A stretch of 64,000 nt of DNA, taken from assembly GCF_964204645.1 (NCBI RefSeq), contig NC_134027.1, positions 12,060,485-12,124,484 of the forward strand, read 5' to 3'. This document shows, piece by piece, positions 13,265-28,800 of the stretch. This DNA comes from Tubulanus polymorphus (lineage: Eukaryota; Animalia; Nemertea). Within the stretch, counting starts at the first letter, position 1, and every line of letters starts with the position of its first letter. The notes beneath the pieces are model-generated. The model had not been told where the DNA came from, did not search any database, and worked only from the letters and a program-made list of their open reading frames with translations. A program made the position numbers and the translations under genes.

Positions 13265-16111
13265 TTATCAGCCACCATAGATATTCAATATGATAGCAAT
13301 TATTTCAAGCGTAGGATGGTAAGCACTTACAGAATATGGCTAACTTGATTTTTTCAACAAGTTTTTCTGTTTGAGTTTTGAAGCAGCTGTGGGGAAACGT
13401 CAGTTGGATACCGTCAATTTACTTCTTTGAACATGAAAAACACTTTTGACGTATTCTGTCTTTCCGTTCTACCCGCTGCCATGTATCGGTCTCTTATAAT
13501 AGTCAATAGATATGATAGTCCTCGAATCTAGAAGTGTTTTCGTTCGCGAATATTTTTCGATTGAAATTAATTTTTCATGACAAAATCATTTTATGGTTTT
13601 CTCGCGCGAGAATTCAAAACTTTTTCTTTTTTCACGAGAGAAAACAAAAAAAAATGTAATAAAGTTTTACCTTTCTCGGGTTAGAAAACAAATATTGTAA
13701 ATTTTTTATCGTGCCTCTAGCCGTTCAGAGAATTTTCAAAAACGAAAATGTTCTGAATTCTCGCGCGAGAAATATGTGATTTAATGTTAAGTTATAACCT
13801 CGACATTAATTCATTTACGAGCAAAACATGGGGAAACTTTGTATTACTAGTAATGAATTAATTAGATTCATAATGTTCGGATAATAACTAGTCATTAAGG
13901 ACCAGCATTAATGGATTTACTATTTATACTTTTTTTTTATTCCCGAGTATCTTACTAGTCTTTCTTTGATATAAAACATCTGCAAATCCGTTCAAGCATA
14001 GTACTTATTCGAACATTTTTAAAAGTTCCCTCGTCAAGTTTCCTAAAATTTTTCAGCTTGCAGAAATAAATAAAGTGGTAATTTTCGGAATGTCAATGAA
14101 CTCTATGAATGAAACACTTCAGAGAACATGTAGTGATTTCTGAAATAGTTTTTATGTTTCACCTTCTGTGACCAATCCCAAATGTGTGTAAAAATGAAGC
14201 CATATTTTGGTGCTTAACGACCCTCTCATTTTATGATGAAAATATTCACAGCATTATTAACAGGGAGAATTATACTTACGTTTCAGGTAAAATCGTGAAA
14301 TCATCCACCAGCTGCCTTATTTGAAATGCCAACCACAAACTGACAGTTATACTGTATTCGATATCTTATTTATTCAGTGATTTCATCATTAAAACCATCA
14401 TGAATATCCTAACAGCTGTTTCTCACAGATTATATTCGATTCGAATTATATCAATTATTTCCTCTCGTTATTTTTCCACAGATCTTCTCCATGATTAGCA
14501 ACAGGTGCGCACACAATGTACTGAATTGTATCCAAAGGCCTTTTCGGCCTCGCGATATATATGGATTTCACTCCATTATCAGATTATGAAAAGAAATAAA
14601 CTTACTAATATAAACATTAGCTGAACAATTTGCGGGATTTCCAACGCAAGGCCGTCTCAATTTTCGCAGCAGCGGCACTGAATTTAGACTCTGAATTCTG
14701 AAGTCTTATTCACGCCGGGAGTGGTTTTTACGAGGATGATCGATTTGCCTCTTTCTATCATGGAATTTGCTAATAACAGTTACAATGTACAATACTTTAG
14801 GGTGTTATGTCACTTATAATCATAACTGGAATCCCACAATAAAGACGAGAACATAATAAAGTCCAACAACGTTTCCTTGAGCTGGTAGTTTTTGCCCATA
14901 AACTAATAGTCATCTTCAGGGATATCAGTGTCAAACCTACCAGCTTAAGGAAACGTTTTCGAACTACTTTATTTTCTTGTCTTCATTGTGTGATTCTCGT
15001 TATGTTATCGTCTCAACACGGATATTGTGTTTTATCGATGGCGATCATAAGTAAATTTTGATTATGAATCATATAGTGAGTTACTCGGAAGAAAATACAA
15101 CGATGTTAGTAACCAATTAAGAGAGGAAAATTAATTTTCAAAGCCACGGGATCCTAATGTCGTCGGTCCATCAGCTAGCTGTCCGTCAATTTCCATCCAT
15201 GCGCAAAATAGACTGCCGGGTGGAATCGAATTTGGTAAACATTGAGAAAGGACCTTTAATATTCAAACGAGTTTTTCGATCAGTCAATCTTTCCGCAGTC
15301 AGTAGCTATCTTATTTCCATCAGTTCTCGTTCATATATGGGTATGTTGGCTGATTCGGGCCATACTAAAAAATTCTTCTATACGGCTAGAGGAACAGTAA
15401 AAAATTTTCACATTGGCCCGTATTTGGTTTTCTAAATTCGAAACTTTTGGTTTTCTCGCGCAAGATTTCAAAAAGCTGGGTCGCGGGGATGATTTGAATA
15501 AAGATTGAAATCCCATTTTATTCATTTACTAAATCGGATTAAAATAAAAAAATATAGATTTAGAGAAATTATCAAAATTGCTTCTGTGTGATTTACTAAA
15601 TCCGAGTAAAATGTATGGAAATGGAAAATGATATTGTCCTCAGGACGCTTTCGTAGATATGAAAAAGACCTTTACTTTCGGTGGTCGTTTAAATCAATGT
15701 TGAAACAATTTCTGGTTGTGATAAAAATGATCCATAACATTGCTTTTTGTACATGTATAAAAACGCGAACTGAAATTCATCAACCAGCTGCCTTATTTGA
15801 AGTGCCAGATAATCATCCTCTTTTATAAACCGATTGCATTATCGAGAAGCATTATTGATATCAAAACAGCTGTTTCCAGCAGATTAAATCGAATTCGTGT
15901 CGTATATCAAATTTTCTTCTCTAGTCGGTGTTATTTCATCGTGCTCACTATTTAAGACCTTGTACCCTTGAACTTGAACCCAAAGCCCTTTTCGCCCTTA
16001 CGATAAACTTACCTTTTTAGAATGACATTTTTGAAGTGCGTTTATCTTTTCATATCTACTTAATCTCATTGTTTTGACTTGCAAACTGATACGATCACAG
16101 TTATTCAAAGT

Positions 16112-16292
16112 TGATAAGTGAACCCACATTATTGATGACGATAAGATAGATTTATTTTTGAACGTTTTGAGGTTTCAACCATGAACAAGTTGAAAGACTT
16201 TTTCGTTTCTCTGTTGATGAGGTATAGTTAGAACCTCGAAACGTTAGAAATAAAATCTAGCTAATCATAATCAATGTTGGGTTCACTTATCA
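16112..16292. repeat. Inverted (hairpin) Penelope-like terminal remnant
   Basis: Inverted arms tgataagtgaaccca... / ...tgggttcacttatca; internal tgatgagg...cctcgaaacgtt hammerhead-like motif. Confidence 0.5.
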
Positions 16293-17980
16293 TATCAATG
16301 TTTTATTGTATCTTAATGATAGGATATTGTTTATTTGATTATACGGAATTTTTGCAAAATTGATGAAAAACAGTAGGCCTTTTTAAATTGGTAATGATAT
16401 TTTTAATGAAGGACTGGTTTGAAGCAACAATTAGCTTATAGAAGAAAGCAGCCCTAGAAAAGAAAGAATATATAATAACAACTGAACAAGAAAGAGAAAA
16501 TATAGCTGCAAGGCAGCGACAATCCGGGTTTTGTGCCTGAAGATATGCGAATAAAAATGATTTATTGAAATGAAAAAAAAATTGTTTGTTGTCGGAATTC
16601 GAATCTGATGACTGGCACAAATACATTAAAGCTAAGCGTACATCGACAAAGCGACTGGAGACAACTTGTTGCTGGTGATCGAGTACATCGTACACGCACA
16701 TCGAAAATCTAGTAAAAACCAGTAACTTCGTGGCTCACGCCGGTTGCTAGGTCCATAGCGCGAATATCGACAGCAACTGAGATGTGGTATCAAGCAAATA
16801 TTCTTGAGGGCATCTGTCACGTGACAAATTGTTTTGTTTTAGTCAGTTGTGTCATATGTAAGTTTAAGTTTAAGTTTATTGCTCCACAACTAGCTCATTC
16901 CACAGAGCAGAACATACATTACATTACATTAATAAAATAACTGCTAACCTTTCTTTATATATCGCCAAATCTAGAAGGTGTGACGCAGATAAATTGAAAA
17001 GATTTTGGAGTAAACCTTCATGAGGGACCAGAAATATTTAGGGATGCATTTAAATTTTCTTAAACTTTGCGAAAATGGGCACACTAAAAGAAAATGAAAT
17101 TCGTCACCGACCACTCCCATATTACACTTTCTTTCATTCCGTTCAATGTGGTGATATCTACCCTCCTCTATAGGTAACCTGTAGTTGGAGCATATGAAGG
17201 TTTAAAGGAAAGGAAGATAAATGCTCTTCAAATTTTCAAATTTGTTGTCTCAAATCGCAGTATCGATGTACGATAATATATCCCAATATGATCCTCAAAT
17301 TACCTTCGAAACCATAGGGTTCAAACTCTGTCTAGACTCTTGACAGTAGCTCCTCAGAACTAGGGCAAAAAAAACTTGCATTCAATTGGCAAGTTTCATG
17401 GTAACCTGTGTCTCTGCTGGCCACAGACGAACTATGTGTGGAGGGAAGGCCACCATGCCCACTTGATGAAGTTGGTGAGGAGCTTGAAACTCACCAAAAT
17501 CATAGAACATATCTCGGAGCTAGAATTCCAATTGATTATACAACTGTAGTTACAAAATATGCATGTCATGGGCTATAATTACAAAATATGGGCGGACAGG
17601 CAGATGAAAATTGAATGCAATAGTCCCAGGTCAGTCAAAGATTGAAGTGAATCTTTAATTGAGTTTCCCATGTGACCAGCAGAGACACTAGTTCTTATAG
17701 AACATTGAGAGGCAACATATTTCGTACATGATATACATGAAAAACCTTTAATAGAAGATGAATCATTACAATTACTAAGTAGAGACAGGTATAATGTCAA
17801 CGCAGTATAAATGAAAATACAGAAGACTCAGCTCAAGTCGGACTTTTGGAAACCGTGCAAATTTGTCAGACTTGAGAGTGATACAGAGTTAAACGGTTAT
17901 TCGAGTCAATCGGATCCGACTTGAGTGGAGTGTGCTTAAAGAAAATCTTTCTACAAATAAATGTAAGCTATCTGTCTTTA

Positions 17981-18488
17981 GGCCAAAAAATGATACCATC
18001 TTTCTCATTTTCAAAATGACCAAGATTTGAATTTTTGGAAATATTGACCAGGCAGGCAGCATTTTTATTTTCAATAAAAATATTTAGAAGCAACCCTTCT
18101 TTGTTTTTTGCTACATGTGCACTCCCACTGAATGAAAACATTGTCAAAACATCTTTTACAGTTTTTAACACGCCTTGAATATCTTGGTAGATTGACACGA
18201 AGGGCCAAGGCAGACAGGTCTAGGGTGTCTGTGTCCAAATTCACACACAACACCATATTCAACATATTTTGTCAAACGAATTCATCCGACACAACAATTG
18301 TTTACTCGTCACTGCTCAACGTGGTTGATTACCTCTTGTACTCAAACTCAAACCCCAATACAATGAAAAAAAAGAACGGGAGGAAGATACGCCGACACCA
18401 GCGTGAACAGTTTTTACTTCACTTTTTGCAATCCAAGAGCTAATTTTCAGCCACCCGGCCAGAAACAAGGTATAAATTTTTTTTGGCC
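17981..18488. mobile_element. PIF/Harbinger(Tourist)-like MITE
   Basis: TTA|GGCCAAAAAA..atacc ... ggtat..TTTTTTGGCC|TTA. Confidence 0.75.
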
Positions 18489-19359
18489 TTATATGTCAGC
18501 AATATCAGCAGGATCAGATACAGCAGTGGATGGAAGCATTTATTATGATCATTTGTAAACGACCATAAACCCTTTCACTACGTATTGACGAGCTGCCCTC
18601 ATCGTGAAATTGACAGCTGTAGTCATCGCACATCAATATAATTCTATGTATGCACACGAGACAACTTAGTTCTGATTTTTCCAGAAAGACGGCGATGCTT
18701 ACACCAGTTGGTTAGTGGTTAGTGGTGCCAGGTCATAGCATGTACTATGCTGTCACATTCTGATGGTGGGCGGAATGTTCCATAATATTTCCAGCTATTT
18801 CCATAAAGGAAACGTCAAAATAAATAAGGCCAAATCAAAAATAAATGGTTTTTTGAAATTCAAATTGCTCTAATTTTTGACCTGGGGACCCCACAACGCC
18901 ACAGTTCAGCCTCTGAAGCAGTGAAAGGGGTAATAGGATTATTATAACCCTGGCATTTACAAATCAGCAGTTTTTACATTACACAGTATTCAATATTTAC
19001 AGCATATACCGGTATTCATATGAACTATATGAATATAGCTCGGAAAACAAATGAGACAATACCGAACCTGGAATGAAGAATACCTCTGGACCACAGGACG
19101 GCCTCTTATAATCAAGGAAGACAGTCCTCCCCGCACAACACCAAAGTCAGAACGCTGTAGATGAACGTAATTACAACAAGTCTCTGGATTCAATCTGGAT
19201 TTCAATCTAATACCGATATTACTTATCATACATGTACCAGTATACATAATTACAGATGACTCAATGAGTACATGTCAAGTCTCATGCTAAGACTAAATGA
19301 AATTGCTCTATTTCAACTGGTCAGAATTACAGCAGGTTCAATTTTACTGCGTGCATCAT

Positions 19360-19530
19360 AAACCCTTAAACCCTAACTCCCTCATGATCCAATAATCGTC
19401 TATAGACCCCTACTCTAACCCTATTGACCCTAGACCAAAAACCCCCTTATCTCTGATCCTAAACCTCTAGACCCTATAAACTCTTATCCTTAAACACTAA
19501 CCCTCTAAACCCTAAACCTCTTAACCCTCA
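19360..19530. repeat. Degenerate (CCCTAA)-like low-complexity tract
   Basis: Multiple aaccct/aaaccct/gaccct units. Confidence 0.55.
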
Positions 19531-19858
19531 AGTTTATCTTGGGTAAAATCATTGAAAATCAAATATTCTAACTCAAGGGTCAAGCTTAACCGAGACTGGA
19601 TCCAGGAAATCCTATTATCCAACCCAAAAATTATTTTTTTTACAGAAATTTCTGGTTATTTTTTCCCCCGGAATTCTGATATACCCCAACAACAAAATAT
19701 TCTCCAAAAAAAGGAAATTGCAGAGTATTTAAGTCATTTTAAATAAAATATTTTTTTTCTGGAATTTTCCAGTAATAGCAGAAATCGCGTACCTAAATAT
19801 CTGTACTTTTTAATTCACAACAATAGTAATCATTTAGGAAGAACATGAACAAAGATAT

Positions 19859-22800
19859 TTACACAGAATTTTGAATTCGACTTAAAAAATCTTCCGCCTT
19901 CAATACAGCTCTCATTTCACGGTAACTTGTAAGGAGTTTACTCCACGGTTCACAACAGTTCAGTAGATACTGATTCCCTAAGAATAGAATACCTCAAATC
20001 AATCATTAACTGAATCTGCAGTTGATAATATGGTAGACTATGAAAGAGTTTTCAAATAATAACTCACCAAGAATAATCAAACCCTTTTTAGCTCTGGTGA
20101 GAGCAACGTTGACCAAGCTAGGATCGTGTAAACATCCGAGATGTAGATTTTTCCAAGTTGCAGTTGGGTGTTTCTCGATTATGCTCAGAGGGCATGTGCG
20201 AACTGTCGATAGAATCACATAGTTCCATTCATGCCCTGAAAATTAAACCATGGGATTAAATTAGGTGACAATTAAAATTGCATGGTTACTATAGTATATA
20301 CCTTATGTAACTGATTATTAACTGAGATCAGATTACTATACCAAGTTTTGGGCCATCTATTTCATGCGAGATATTTTGTTCATTTAGTTCTTATCGATAC
20401 TAGTGGGTGGTTCAGGGGTGAAATTCATGTACAAATTCCTGGCCAATACCCAACCAGTCTCTGAGGGGTTCGATTTTCACGAAAGTGGACTTTTTGTATG
20501 GTGCACATGCCAAAAAGTAACACCAATTAGTCAAATGTTTTAAAGCGATGCTAAAATTTTCTTAAGGCCTCTACAGAGCGGAAATTCCGTCAATGAGGGG
20601 GCACGACCCCTAAACACAGGCCTGCATTCAATAAAACTGGCTGCTAGAAATTGTAACAATCAGAAGTGATCAATACCTTGACTATCGTTGATTGTTTTAA
20701 TTTGAATTTCTGCATTACTTTTTTTTCCCCACACCTTGGTCAATTCAACACACTGCGCTTCATACGGTGTTAAAATGGCAAAGTTTTCAGCAGAAACACT
20801 CTGCTTTGAACTCAATTCAATTCCGACAGAAACCTAAAATGAAATAATCTCAGTTACAGTAACAAAGCAACAAGTGCAAGATTTAACTGATTTTCAAAAT
20901 GTGTGTGTCCATCCTGTCTACTCAAAAATGCACCAAGGGAAAATGGTCACTCTCTGATCACCTCCTCATTGGTGCGTAAGTACCTTCAGAATGCCCCATT
21001 AAAAAAATAAATGAATACATGAAATACATAAAAGCTACATGGAATGATTTTCAAACTGCTGGATGTACGATGCAACTTGCAAAGTGCTCTAATCTCTAAG
21101 AATTGATTTCATGATTTCCAATGAACTTACAGCGTAATCAACTTCCAACTGGTTTAAATATGATTTCCTCATTCCTTCATCTGCCGTTGGAAGCAAAATG
21201 GATTTCTCTTTACCGTAGACGTGAGCGAAAAGGATCGGATTTTTATCACCCGCAGGCCAAATTTGAATCGATGATCCCTTCCTCTGTTTGGATTCCATTC
21301 CACATTTTAGTGAGTTCTCATACCACAATTTAGATGGTAGTTTAGCTAAACCTTCGTGCTAAAAATAAATAACGAGATGAATTCATAACTTTTTCCACAA
21401 ATTGTCACATGACAAAATCAAAATTTTCTCTGCCCGGGTGGCCAGCCTATAAAAAGCGCTATCAGTGAGTGAATAGTTAAAATTTGTTTCCTTCGAAACA
21501 TTTGCAAATATGTGAAAATGTTCCAATTAATCAGTCAACATTAAGATCCTCAGTTATATCTTTCACATTTCTATACTCGTCGAACAAATCAAATCAGTAT
21601 TCCTCGTGACAAAATTAGTAACAATATACTGATAATCATTAAGTTAACAGCTTCTTGAACTCATTAACAGCTGATATAAACAGCAGGGATTAGAGTAAGC
21701 GCAGAGAATTGTAAAAGTCTGAATTCTTCCTGAGCCACAGAATGCGCAGGATTGCCAACCTCTGAAAAGCACTAGTAGTAACAAGCTTAACTTTTTTCAG
21801 GAATATTTCTTTGTAATTATATTGTAATCAGTAATCAAGGGTGAACCAATCGGCAATGCTTCACATTTTCTGTACAAATCGAAAAAATCTACCAGTATAG
21901 AACGATAACCACACTCCAACGTGGTGAATGGATAATTAGATAAATCGTCACGATGATCTCTAGGGTGAGATCGAAACGTCGTGTCTTATATATATTTTAG
22001 ATTGAATAAATAAATTCTTGTTTTTAAATTCTTTTAATCTGTAATTAGTGGGTTTTTATCTTATAATCTATCAGTAATTCTCGGGACCAAATGATAACAA
22101 AACACCGAAATTCAGGGACAGTTGGCAGCTCTGAATGCGGTTCAATGCATAGCATGCATTTAAAACAGACCTCTCCAATGCCGGTCTGCATATTTCTTCC
22201 TCAATCTCCAGAGCTGCCAGCCTGAGAAAAATGTTGACAGTAAAAAAGATTGTGTTTGTTAGCATTTCTTTCAATATAGTTCATTGCATTTCAATGTATT
22301 TTATAATAATCATATTTAATCTTAATCCTATCACAATGATAATTCATAATTTATAGGTTTCATTCTAGGCCTACACGTAATTTCAAAGATTTAGAATCAT
22401 GTGTGCGTGGTGGTGTTACCGGTTAGCGGTAAAAATCCCCTCGGTAAAAATCCCCAATTCTTCAAAGTAAGTAAAAATCCCCTCCTTTTGAATGGATTAT
22501 AAGTAGATACAATCTTTAGGTCAATTAATTAATTCATATCATTGATACATATATCCAATTTATTCATATTTCTACCGTGGAACACCAACCATAAGGATAA
22601 CACGAATAAACAAACTATAGTATATACTATTTGAATTAAAACATACTACAAATTAACGGTTCATTAGAACTAAATTAGTATTTAAAGTTATTGCAGCTTA
22701 ATGAAAGGGTTCATCGCACATTTCATATATATATTACACTAGCTTGAATTTAAAATATTTCAAATTAAAAGTTCATTATTTCTCTTAATAATTCAAGGAA

Positions 22801-25800
22801 TAGTACAGCTCAAATACACCACAAGTTAACAAGAGTTCGCAGTTTAAAAAAAATTCCAGTTCGAACTTTAAGATAATACAAATAAAAAGTTTATTATTCT
22901 TATCAATTCTGACAATTAATTTCATTCTTAGAGTTTATTTAAGAATTTATTGCAACGAAAGATTTCATTTCACAGTTCAAACATATTTCAGTTACATTGC
23001 AAATAAATAAGATTGGAGAAAAATCTTGCTTTGAAATGTTCTTGAAAATCTTGAAAAGTGGGGATTTTTACCCAGGGGATATTTACCTAGGGGATTTATA
23101 CCTTGGGGATTTTTACCCCCATAAAAATGACAAATGACACCGGCTAATTAACTATAAGATGAATTGCTGCTGGGCATTTCACTACTGTTAAATTGTACTA
23201 CTGAGTCAATGATTTCATAGCCGATTAGAATTTAATCAAGACTGCACTAAATTGAAAGTGACCCTAATAGCCTACACAATAGGCCACGGCCGTATGAAAT
23301 TACAATGAAATTACAGTTTAGCATCATCTTCTGGCAGGGATTTGAACCTGATGGCATCGCTAGACTCAGCCAAGGCACGAAACACTGCCATACTGGACCG
23401 GGTGCGCAGGTACATGTGCAGGATTGCCGCACAAAAAGTCGCGGCACCAATCAGATTGCTTGTTGTATAATTGCTGAGGCAAATGTCACGGAAGAACAAT
23501 AAATGCTACAACCCGGGTTGAAATAAGATTTCTGATCGGCTAATAATGAAATGATCTAAGCTGTACGTGTACCCGTGCGCATGGGCCAGAGTAGCATTTT
23601 CGTACCATGGCGAGTCTCAATGACATCAGGTTTGAATCTCTGCCAGGGGAGGATGATGGTTGGCAGCCCTGAATCTCCTATCTGCCGTTATTGAACGTGT
23701 CACATGGTCGAATAGCGAGGCTGGATCCGCCCCTATTTTGCCAGACCATTCTTTTTTCACGCATTAAGCGTGCTTAGGCCGGCCAGTTTCTACTTACCAT
23801 TCTATATTGCGATTCTAAACGCATTGCTTTATTTTCGTATCGGGAGAATAAAGATTTGTGGAGACCGAGTAATCGAGCTTCATTACTGATAACAATCGGC
23901 TGCAGTTGTAGCGAATCACCGAGGAGAATAACCTGCTGACACTTGGACGCTGATATAACGGACACCGTCTCCGGCTCACTAATCATATTACTGTCATCAA
24001 TTACCAGCTACAGAAAAAACAAACAAAGCTCATTTCAAGTATGAATTGAGAAAAAACTACACGGTAATCGTTTTTTTATAAATAGAAAATATCTAAGATG
24101 ATCAAGCATTATGGTCGATTCCTATTGCAGGAAGTATGGAAGTTCTTGAGCATTGATTCAGGCCTCTTTTTTATTTCAAATGTTCTCATAGGCCTATCAC
24201 TAAATCATACCATATCTTTCCAACTACTGGTAAGGTTTTTGTTAATAGCAAAAAATTGTGTATCTTCCAAAAGTCTGAAAGCCATGAATCTTTGCCCATA
24301 AAAATTCTCTTGATGTACTTTCCATGTGTGCAAGTTCATTTTCAACCAAGATTATGAATAGCATACCTGAGTAATCCGACAGTTGTTTAGAGCGGTTTGA
24401 ATCATATTTCTCATGAATGTGCGACAAGTACACAATAAAATCTCACAATTGATAATCTCTTTTTCCATATCTTCCACCAGACGCTGTCTCTCTGAGCCCT
24501 GGTGTTTAACTGACTTGTTATGTCCTCTGATCTTGTGATGAACTGCAATATCTTTGTGTCTGTCTTCAACCTAAAATTACAAACAACGAAACACTGAATG
24601 CGTTTTAACCAGCAGAAAAGGGAAACTGAACCCAATAGCAGGGGCAAATTTAGGGGGCATTATCTGAAAAATTCCTAGTCATTTCTTCAGGATCCCTGCC
24701 TTCCCATTTTCCTAGATCAGCTCCTGCAATAATAATTATTAACTGTGATCGCCTTACCCATTATAGTTTTACAGCAATTGAAGTATGTGCTTTCAGATTA
24801 TAGTTTAAAGATTCCAATTTAAAGAAAAATAAAGGACCATGGGTCTAGTAGGATTAACTGACTACATTTTAGTTTTGAGCACAAAAATCGATTTGTTCAT
24901 GGATTTGCCATGACGTATAATCAGCTGATAAAGATGAAATCATCGTAAACTGTGTAGTAAGCATGTTCAACTTTGATGATATACATGGTAATGGGTTTTC
25001 CCTATGAGTCACCAGTACATGGTAGCACAGTTTTTGATAATGATGTCATTGGGAAAGCCCTTCTAGAGGGATTTCCAAGTGATGCCCTTCTAAAGGGCTT
25101 TCCATGATGTCAGGAAACAAGGTCAAGCATCAATTAGTAGAATGGGGAAAAATTCAGTGAAGTTTTGCACATTTTCTCCCAGCACTTCCAAACGGCTTAT
25201 AGCTGATGGACAAACGCGCCATATCGATTCCTATACCTCTTTCCCTCCTAATGATAAAATATCAGTTGTGCATATCCATTGGTTACAATTTGTGCCACCA
25301 AGAGCTAACAGAAAGTTACTCTCAGAGCCATTCTATAAAGATCAACATACTGAAAACAATCGAGAGGTAGGAGACAAGATAGAATAATTAACAAACCTTA
25401 AGATGATTAGAATATTGGGTAGACGGAGGTAACGTAGAATCAGATAAACAGAATAGAAACTCTTCATGAGACTGACTGTAAACACGTGTTATATTGAGAG
25501 GAAGGCGATCAACACTGCTGAGGTTTACCATTTTCAATACATCTACAAATATACAATACAAGCATTTATTACACACGTGTAATGACACTCAACATGTTCA
25601 TGTTATTACAATCAACATGTTCATGTTGAATGGTGTCGAGTGGTGACCACAATTTTCCCTAGTTTATGACAGTAAAAGCAGAACTTTTCACGTGTTCTGA
25701 TGAACAACAGTAGCAATGACTTAGAGTTGTCATATTGACAGACCGTATAAAGACCGACCCTATGTATTAAACTAATGAATATTCCGACTTTCAACAAATA

Positions 25801-28800
25801 TTTCTATAGGAATTATAACTTATATACCATATGCAATAGAAATTTTAAAGCTCCGATGACAGGCATGGAGAAATTTGCAGGGGAAAATTTGCACGCAACA
25901 TAAACATAATTACCCAGCGTTTTCCAGAATCTTATCCAATTTTTTCAAAATTCCCTGTTTTCCCTGAGAAAAATTTGTTGCCTGTATTTTCCCTGTTTTC
26001 CAGGAGATACACTCGTGGTGCCCTGCGTAATTTCATGTAGCATACCTGATAGACAATCAGCAGAAGATTCAGTAGGACAGCAACATACGACTTTTGGTTT
26101 ACGCTGTGAGGCAGATGATCGATTGTTCAATACGAATCCTATTATAATCCGTACCGCTGTCTCCGTTTTACCTACAACAGTTAAACACGTTGAACCTTAA
26201 ATTTCGGATCGAGCCTTTACTGGAGCAAACTCTATACCCAGTAGTTACCTACCAGAGCCAGCAGGTCCTTGAATTACAGTAAACGGGTGCTGCATACCAG
26301 CACGGTACGCTTTAGCTTGGCTCTGATTCAGAATGGATAATCCTGGAACATTTATCTGTGCACAACTTAACTTCTCCACTAAAGCAAAATACAATACATT
26401 ATACATTCATGTTGATTATATTAGGAACCACTAAATCTATACACTCTCAATACCCCTGGACCTGACACTACCTGTTATTTCTACATGTAGCCCTATAAAT
26501 TAATGAGATTGATATCAAAAAATAGTGGTTCAATTGAAACGAATGTAAGAACAAATTCAATTTTGAGAACATTTTGATAAAAGTCAGGTTCTGAAGCCCC
26601 TGAATTAATATAATAATATTGAGTATGATTGGTACTAAGTCAGTAGAATTATAGATTAAGTGAAATATTCACCTTTTCCTGATTGTTTTTGTCCAAGAGC
26701 AATATTTCTAACGAAGTCTGATGCATCAGGAAGTTCTCTGATGAATTGTTGAATCATTCTGTCAGAATGGTCAACTGCAAACATCTCGATAGTGCAGGTC
26801 ACGTTGGAATCGGGTTGCAGTAACTGTGGTGGTAGACCGCACTCATTGTCAATAAAATCTAATGATATCATAAACTCTGTGTCGGTTTTTAGGATTTCTG
26901 TTGAAATCGCATGGGTTACAAAGGTCGTCATTCCTTCAGACTTTGGATCAATGACGCATGCTAGATCTCCATTACCAGAATCAACTTCCAAACCTTCAGC
27001 AAACAACAAAACTATCAATGCAACCTAGAACAAGCCGACCTGTAAAGTCTGGATGGTCTGGGACCACGCCTTCAGCCTAGAACCAGTGTCTCGACAATAG
27101 ATTTTTGAAAGTGTGCTGCTCATAAAATGTAGAATGAGTAGCTGCTGGTGGGTCCAGGCTAAGGGGATGCAGGAGACTTGCTCAACTTACCGGGATATTT
27201 AATACAGAAATGGTTTAACTGTGAAAAACTTATATTTCTTTCAGCGCAAAATTCTTGATTAATCGCAAAGATCCCTGAACATAGAAAAAATAAAAAATCT
27301 TAAGTTACAATCGCAACAAACTGTTAGTTTTAATTGTTACTAACCAGTGTATTTGATGCCGTTCTCTGCTGTCGAGTTGACTGCTGCATGCTTTATCAAT
27401 ACATGATGAATCGTTATAGATGGTGCTCCCACGTGAATGCTTCGATAAATACCTTCCATCTCCAGCAGGGGGAGCCACATATCGATATATTCCTGTATAT
27501 TCGATATTTTGACAGTTTGACCGGGGTTAGAGACAGCGGCAGGGCAACGCATGAAGCATCTCAATGGTTCAGACATGTGTTCAATGCATAAACTTAATCT
27601 GGGAGTTAAATAAAGAAGTTGAACTCTCGGCATTAATATTCCATTGACAAGGTGTGCTGATATTTGAACAAGGGTAACTTGACCCGGCTGTAACGACATT
27701 TCGAACTGGCAGTAATATTGTCGTTTCGTCGCATTGTTATCAACATCCACGACCACATCCGGCGCGAATCGATGACATCCGGGTAAATCTCTGACTTCCG
27801 AGCGGAGCAGGCTGATTTCTGTACCGATCGCGTCAGTGTCGCCAGCTTTTACTGAATTGAGTAAACCTTGCCAGGATTCGACTGGAATTTGGATGACAAA
27901 TCGATTCGGATTCAACGATATAACACCTTCACAATGAGCGAGATCATCTAATAATCCCTGATCAGGATTTATATCATAGACACGCTTCTCCCAACGTAGA
28001 TTCATGCACGACCTCAGTGAATCATAGCTTGGTGAATCACACACATTCAATTGAATAATCGATAATGATTCTGGGTAGTTGACATTGCCGGGAAGAGTGG
28101 GAAACTTGAGTGAAATTGTTTCCATAGAGACATCGTTAATTACGGGGAAATTAACAATTGGTCGTGTTTTCAGGGCAGACGCAACATGTAGAGATAACGT
28201 AGCATCTTCAAAACTGAAATAGATACAAAATATTGACCAGAATGTGGCAATGCCATGTATGTCTCCCTGGGGTAAGCAAACAGTAAAGGTTTTGGGAAAG
28301 AAACTGAGGACAGGTAACAAATTTACTTTGTACAAATCGTTGGGTTATAATCCTATTAAAACCCTTTAGTGCCTCCTGTCCAAGCACGAGGACAAACATA
28401 TTTCCAATCATAGGTGCCTGTGCAAGCTATGAAAGTATCCAAAATAATTGCCTGGAAAGCCTGATGTTCACAGAAGTTGACTTAGTACAAAGTTTTCACG
28501 ATAGATGGCGTCAGGGTATTGTAGTCATAAATTGTAACTTTATAACCTGGGCTCTATACCCTGATGTCCATTGAAATATGAAGAAAATTTTTTTCTCAAT
28601 TTTTTTTTGAAACTGATACTGAATTTGTGTTGTATGCAATAAGAGGATGCAGAAAACATAGGTCATTAAGAAATATTATACATTTTTAGGGCTGAGGCAC
28701 TAGAGGATTAAAATAGGATTAGATATCTCACCTGCCTTAATCCTCACACTAAGTTTCATGGAAAAATCCATCAAGAATTGCAGGCTTTGTATCGTGCTCA

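Noticed and set aside
13331-14400. Upstream coding exons for the ADAM gene
   Set aside because: No in-frame ATG was found, and a good signal-peptide exon starts at 12212; these are at most 5' UTR.
19360-19530. True interstitial telomere or chromosome-fusion scar
   Set aside because: Too degenerate and single-orientation, with no head-to-head junction.
23323-23650. tRNA gene
   Set aside because: Only a B-box-like motif is present and I could not build a cloverleaf; treated as a SINE-like remnant.
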